A stretch of DNA of 64,000 nucleotides from NCBI GenBank assembly GCA_965203295.1, contig CBDBCZ010000016.1, forward strand, positions 1,248,001 through 1,312,000, in the 5' to 3' direction. The notes under the pieces were generated by a model. That model was not told where the DNA came from, did no database searches, and worked only from the letters and a program-made list of their open reading frames with translations. Positions 60,958 to 64,000 of the stretch are shown here, piece by piece. The DNA is from Nitrospirales bacterium. GTDB lineage: Bacteria; Nitrospirota; Nitrospiria; Nitrospirales; UBA8639. How positions within the stretch are numbered: the first letter of the stretch is position 1; the number at the start of each line of letters is the position of its first letter. The position numbers and the translations under genes are program-made.

Positions 60958-63058
60958 TTACATGCTGTCAATGTCATTTAGCAACAGAAAATACAGTTGA
61001 AGAGCTTCTTGCCACGATACAGGATGATGCAGACTGTAATCTTCCAAAACTTTAGTTCCATACGCTGCAAACTCTTCACTTTGGCAGAAGTGTGCTTCGC
61101 AACTGTTTGGAAAGCCGTAGTTGGTTTCAGCATAATCCAGTAGGTCAAGATCAACTGAAAATTTATGGTCTTCTGCACCTACAGTGAAGTTTACTATAAT
61201 AATTATTTGCAGTGTTGCTATTAAAATTTCTGGTCAGACCATTCATCTCTGGAAGGAAGTACAGTACTTCAGGGATTCCACCAGGGGTCTCGGTGTTTCG
61301 ACTTTCCCGGATGCGATGGTAATTCCACTCGTGAACAAGAATATCAATTTCCTTTTGAATGATTGGTCCAAAACAGAACCTTACAGCTTCCCTGAAATTC
61401 AGGATATTACACGTAATAAGTGTGCAAAATAATTACTGTAATTACAATCCATACAGGTGATGAGGTAGAGAGTCATCAAAATCACCATGCATCCGTAAAT
61501 CCTGCAATAGTATAGAAAGGCAGATGTGGAAGCTATGAACAACAATTAGCATGCAGAAAAAAAGCAAACGCTACCTAAACACTATAATATTATGTGAACT
61601 AAACTTTAACAGTATTTGCTTTGCTTACGCGAAAAAATGTAATCCACCAGTCTGTCATTCGTGCTCTAAGAAAGCCCCACCATGCTTCAATTCGCTGGCA
61701 GTAATACAAAATGGGTTATATAGGTTTTGTTGTACATGTATACAATGTCACGTATGTGATGTACCTGGTTCGATGATGAACGGCCATATCTGAAACTGTT
61801 CTCTCCAGAAAGATCATCAGAATGCTGACTACGAAGGGTGGGCTGGACAAAGGCAATAATTGAATTCTCGGTTCCTCTGTCTACCCTCATTAGGCTGGGG
61901 ACACCTGCATACATAAGACCTTGATAACTGTAGCAATTTTAGCCTATACAGACTATTTGGCATACCTTGAACATAGCGTACAGTATCAATGTAGTGCTGT
62001 GCTATGACCCTAGGGTTGTTGTTGGTGTACCCACACTTCATCCACATAATTCGCCTAGAATAGCTTATAGGTATGTACATACGTGCAGAGAGAGAAGTGT
62101 AATAATAATACAGATACATCTGGCTAGTCTAATGTCAATCAAATGAACCTACCCGTCGATGCATCCATGAATGGTAATGCCATAGGGTTTGAGTTTATCA
62201 TTGCCATCGACGTGCCACAGAAAGTTTGGACCCTTGAAGAAAGTAGTGCATGACTGTTAATAAACCACTGGATATCAACAGGCTTGCTTACAATCATGCT
62301 TACTTTGCTGCGATACAGTCTTCTCTTCAGCCTCCTGCACGAACGTTCTTTACTACCTGCTGGATCTAGTAATGGTAGCAGCATCATTATCGTGTTCCTG
62401 CAGGGATGGCATGATGATCGATTTACCACAAAACTATAATTTCTGATATAGTATACCTTCTAACAGATAACTGATGAGTTAAACGCAGCCGATTCCACAT
62501 TCCTCTGTACCCAAGAAGAGATCCAGATCCCTGTAGTTCTTGCTGCCACAAAATTAAATAGCCTATTACATAGTGTATATGAGACTCCTAGCTGTGGCCT
62601 TTACAGAAGGTATGCATCATGCTTTTTCAAGACAAGGGTTTTTTTTTTCCTGTTTAGCTGTATGAACCTGAATGGCAGTCCTTATTACAGGTAGTGGAGG
62701 TTCTTGATTAGCAGCACTGACATCAAACATTCTCCTGATCCTCCTTACATGTCGTTCACTGAACGGTAGAAAATCTATGATCATTTGCCGTGTGTAGCTA
62801 CGTACTTGATGCATCGATGTAGCTAGCTGCTGCAACTCTATCTTGAGTGTTAACATTATCCCTAGCTACATAGAGAGTCTACTGACTCTCATATACATTA
62901 TACAGGTTTTATTACCTTATGCGATGCCCATGGTTGCTGAGGAATCGCTGAATGACAGACGTTGTCAATCCGCAAAGAGAATAGTACACTATTAAATCAT
63001 TTCTAGGTAGCTGGCTAGGCAGCTGCAGAAGGCCTGGAGAGTAAGAGATTCCTTCCAT
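60958..63058 (-). CDS. IS3EU-type DDE transposase, 11 exons (right-arm mirror copy)
   Basis: Reverse complement of 55134-57234. The mirrored ORF translations are identical. Confidence 0.9.
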
Positions 63059-63530
63059 GTCTCTAGTTACTATACAAAACTATAGTCACATGCCTGAAGT
63101 GGAACTTGACAATGAATCTAAAATGGCCAGCAGACAATATTTCTACCACTGCTGGAATCTATGCTGGCAAAATGCATTGTAAAGAGTGGAATATGCAAAA
63201 TGGAAAATGGAAGTAGGAAAAATTAAATAGAAAATTGAAAATATTATCACAGAAGGAGAAAATGGAAGGTGGAGAGTGGAAGGTAGAAGTGGAAGTTGGA
63301 TGTCCGCCCTGGACAGAAGGAGAAAATGGAAGGTGGAGAGTGGAAAGTAGAAGTGGAGGTTGGATGTCCGCCCTGGCAAAATGCATTATAAAGAGTGGAA
63401 TATGCAAAATGGAAAATGGAAGTAGGTAAAATTAAATAGAAAATTGAAAATATTATCACAGAAGGAGAAAATGGAAGGTGGAGAGTGGAAAGTAGAAGTG
63501 GAAGTTGGATGTCCGCCCTGGGCTTCCGTA

Positions 63531-63654
63531 CACGCAGACTCACAGGAGTCACTGCCAGACAGAATAGCTTATGACCATCCAGAAGAGAACACAGCCCTAC
63601 TACCTGTGCCAGCTAGTGCAATGGAATAACGACTCTGACGCTACTTATTATTAG
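63531..63654 (+). pseudogene. Detached 3' end of array copy 10
   Basis: HADSQESLPDRIAYDHPEENTALLPVP resumes at the TSD. It has an extra 4-bp insertion near 63612 (ccagctagtg versus ccagtg), and the downstream DNA matches 48117-48460. Confidence 0.85.
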
Positions 63655-64000
63655 TCCTACAGTCTGGCTCGTGAGACAAACTTATTAACTTGGACAGACT
63701 CTGAAAGAACAAGATAACGATGTATATAAGGCCCTTAAAGCTCATTGTGATTGCATACATGAATATAGTATTAGTTATTTGACTATAATGTGCATTTACT
63801 CTGCTACTTTCTATTTCTGAATATTCTATTATATGTCTGAGAACAAACTATGCATAAACAGCAACCACAAGTGCAATGTAAAATCCCCTCTGAACCTTAA
63901 TGCATTCTTCAGCATGCAGCCTGCCACCAACAATGATCTGTTTCAGCAATCATACCTCAGCCTAATCAACATGCATGAGCATTGCAATCGATACTCATGC

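Larger units (their letters stand above)
54662..63530. mobile_element. IS3EU-like DNA transposon, 8869 bp, forming a giant palindrome (arms 54662-59024 and 59168-63530, spacer 143 bp)
   Basis: Termini TACGGAAGCC...GGCTTCCGTA and a 6-bp TSD CACGCA (54656-54661, 63531-63536). Mirrored ORF coordinates sum to 118192. TAY..RTA ends, a 6-bp TSD and an IS3-type DDE enzyme fit the IS3EU superfamily. Confidence 0.93.

Noticed and set aside
54662..63530. Palindrome as a fold-back sequencing or assembly artefact
   Set aside because: A fold-back would mirror the flanking host gene too. Here the symmetry stops exactly at the element ends, a 6-bp TSD is present, the host gene continues, and there is a unique spacer and an arm mismatch. 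Read-level confirmation is still advisable.

Overview
Eukaryotic, animal-like genomic DNA. The compact GT-AG introns and repeat content suggest a sponge, but that is inference. Most of the window is a + strand tandem array of single-exon genes for an uncharacterised ~610-aa membrane protein (signal peptide, Cys-rich ectodomain, multi-pass TM region). There are 10 near-full-length copies (4 intact, 1 lacking the signal peptide, 4 frameshifted, 1 split by a transposon) and three 5' stubs. The array is built from a ~10.3-10.9 kb higher-order unit (x3) and a ~6.66 kb unit (x2+), and the units carry co-duplicated 3' exons of gamma-tubulin complex component 4 (TUBGCP4) plus many MITEs. Two young autonomous DNA transposons stand out. 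(1) A 2546-bp DD35D pogo element (28-bp TIRs, TA TSD) carries a second, HIRAN-domain ORF. (2) An 8869-bp IS3EU-like element (54662-63530, TAC...GTA ends, 6-bp TSD CACGCA) is almost entirely one palindrome: two ~4363-bp near-identical arms around a 143-bp spacer. Each arm holds an intact 11-exon DDE transposase gene and a 6-exon SAM-like/Zn-finger accessory gene, and the spacer looks like a shared bidirectional promoter. All coordinates and splice models were read by eye.
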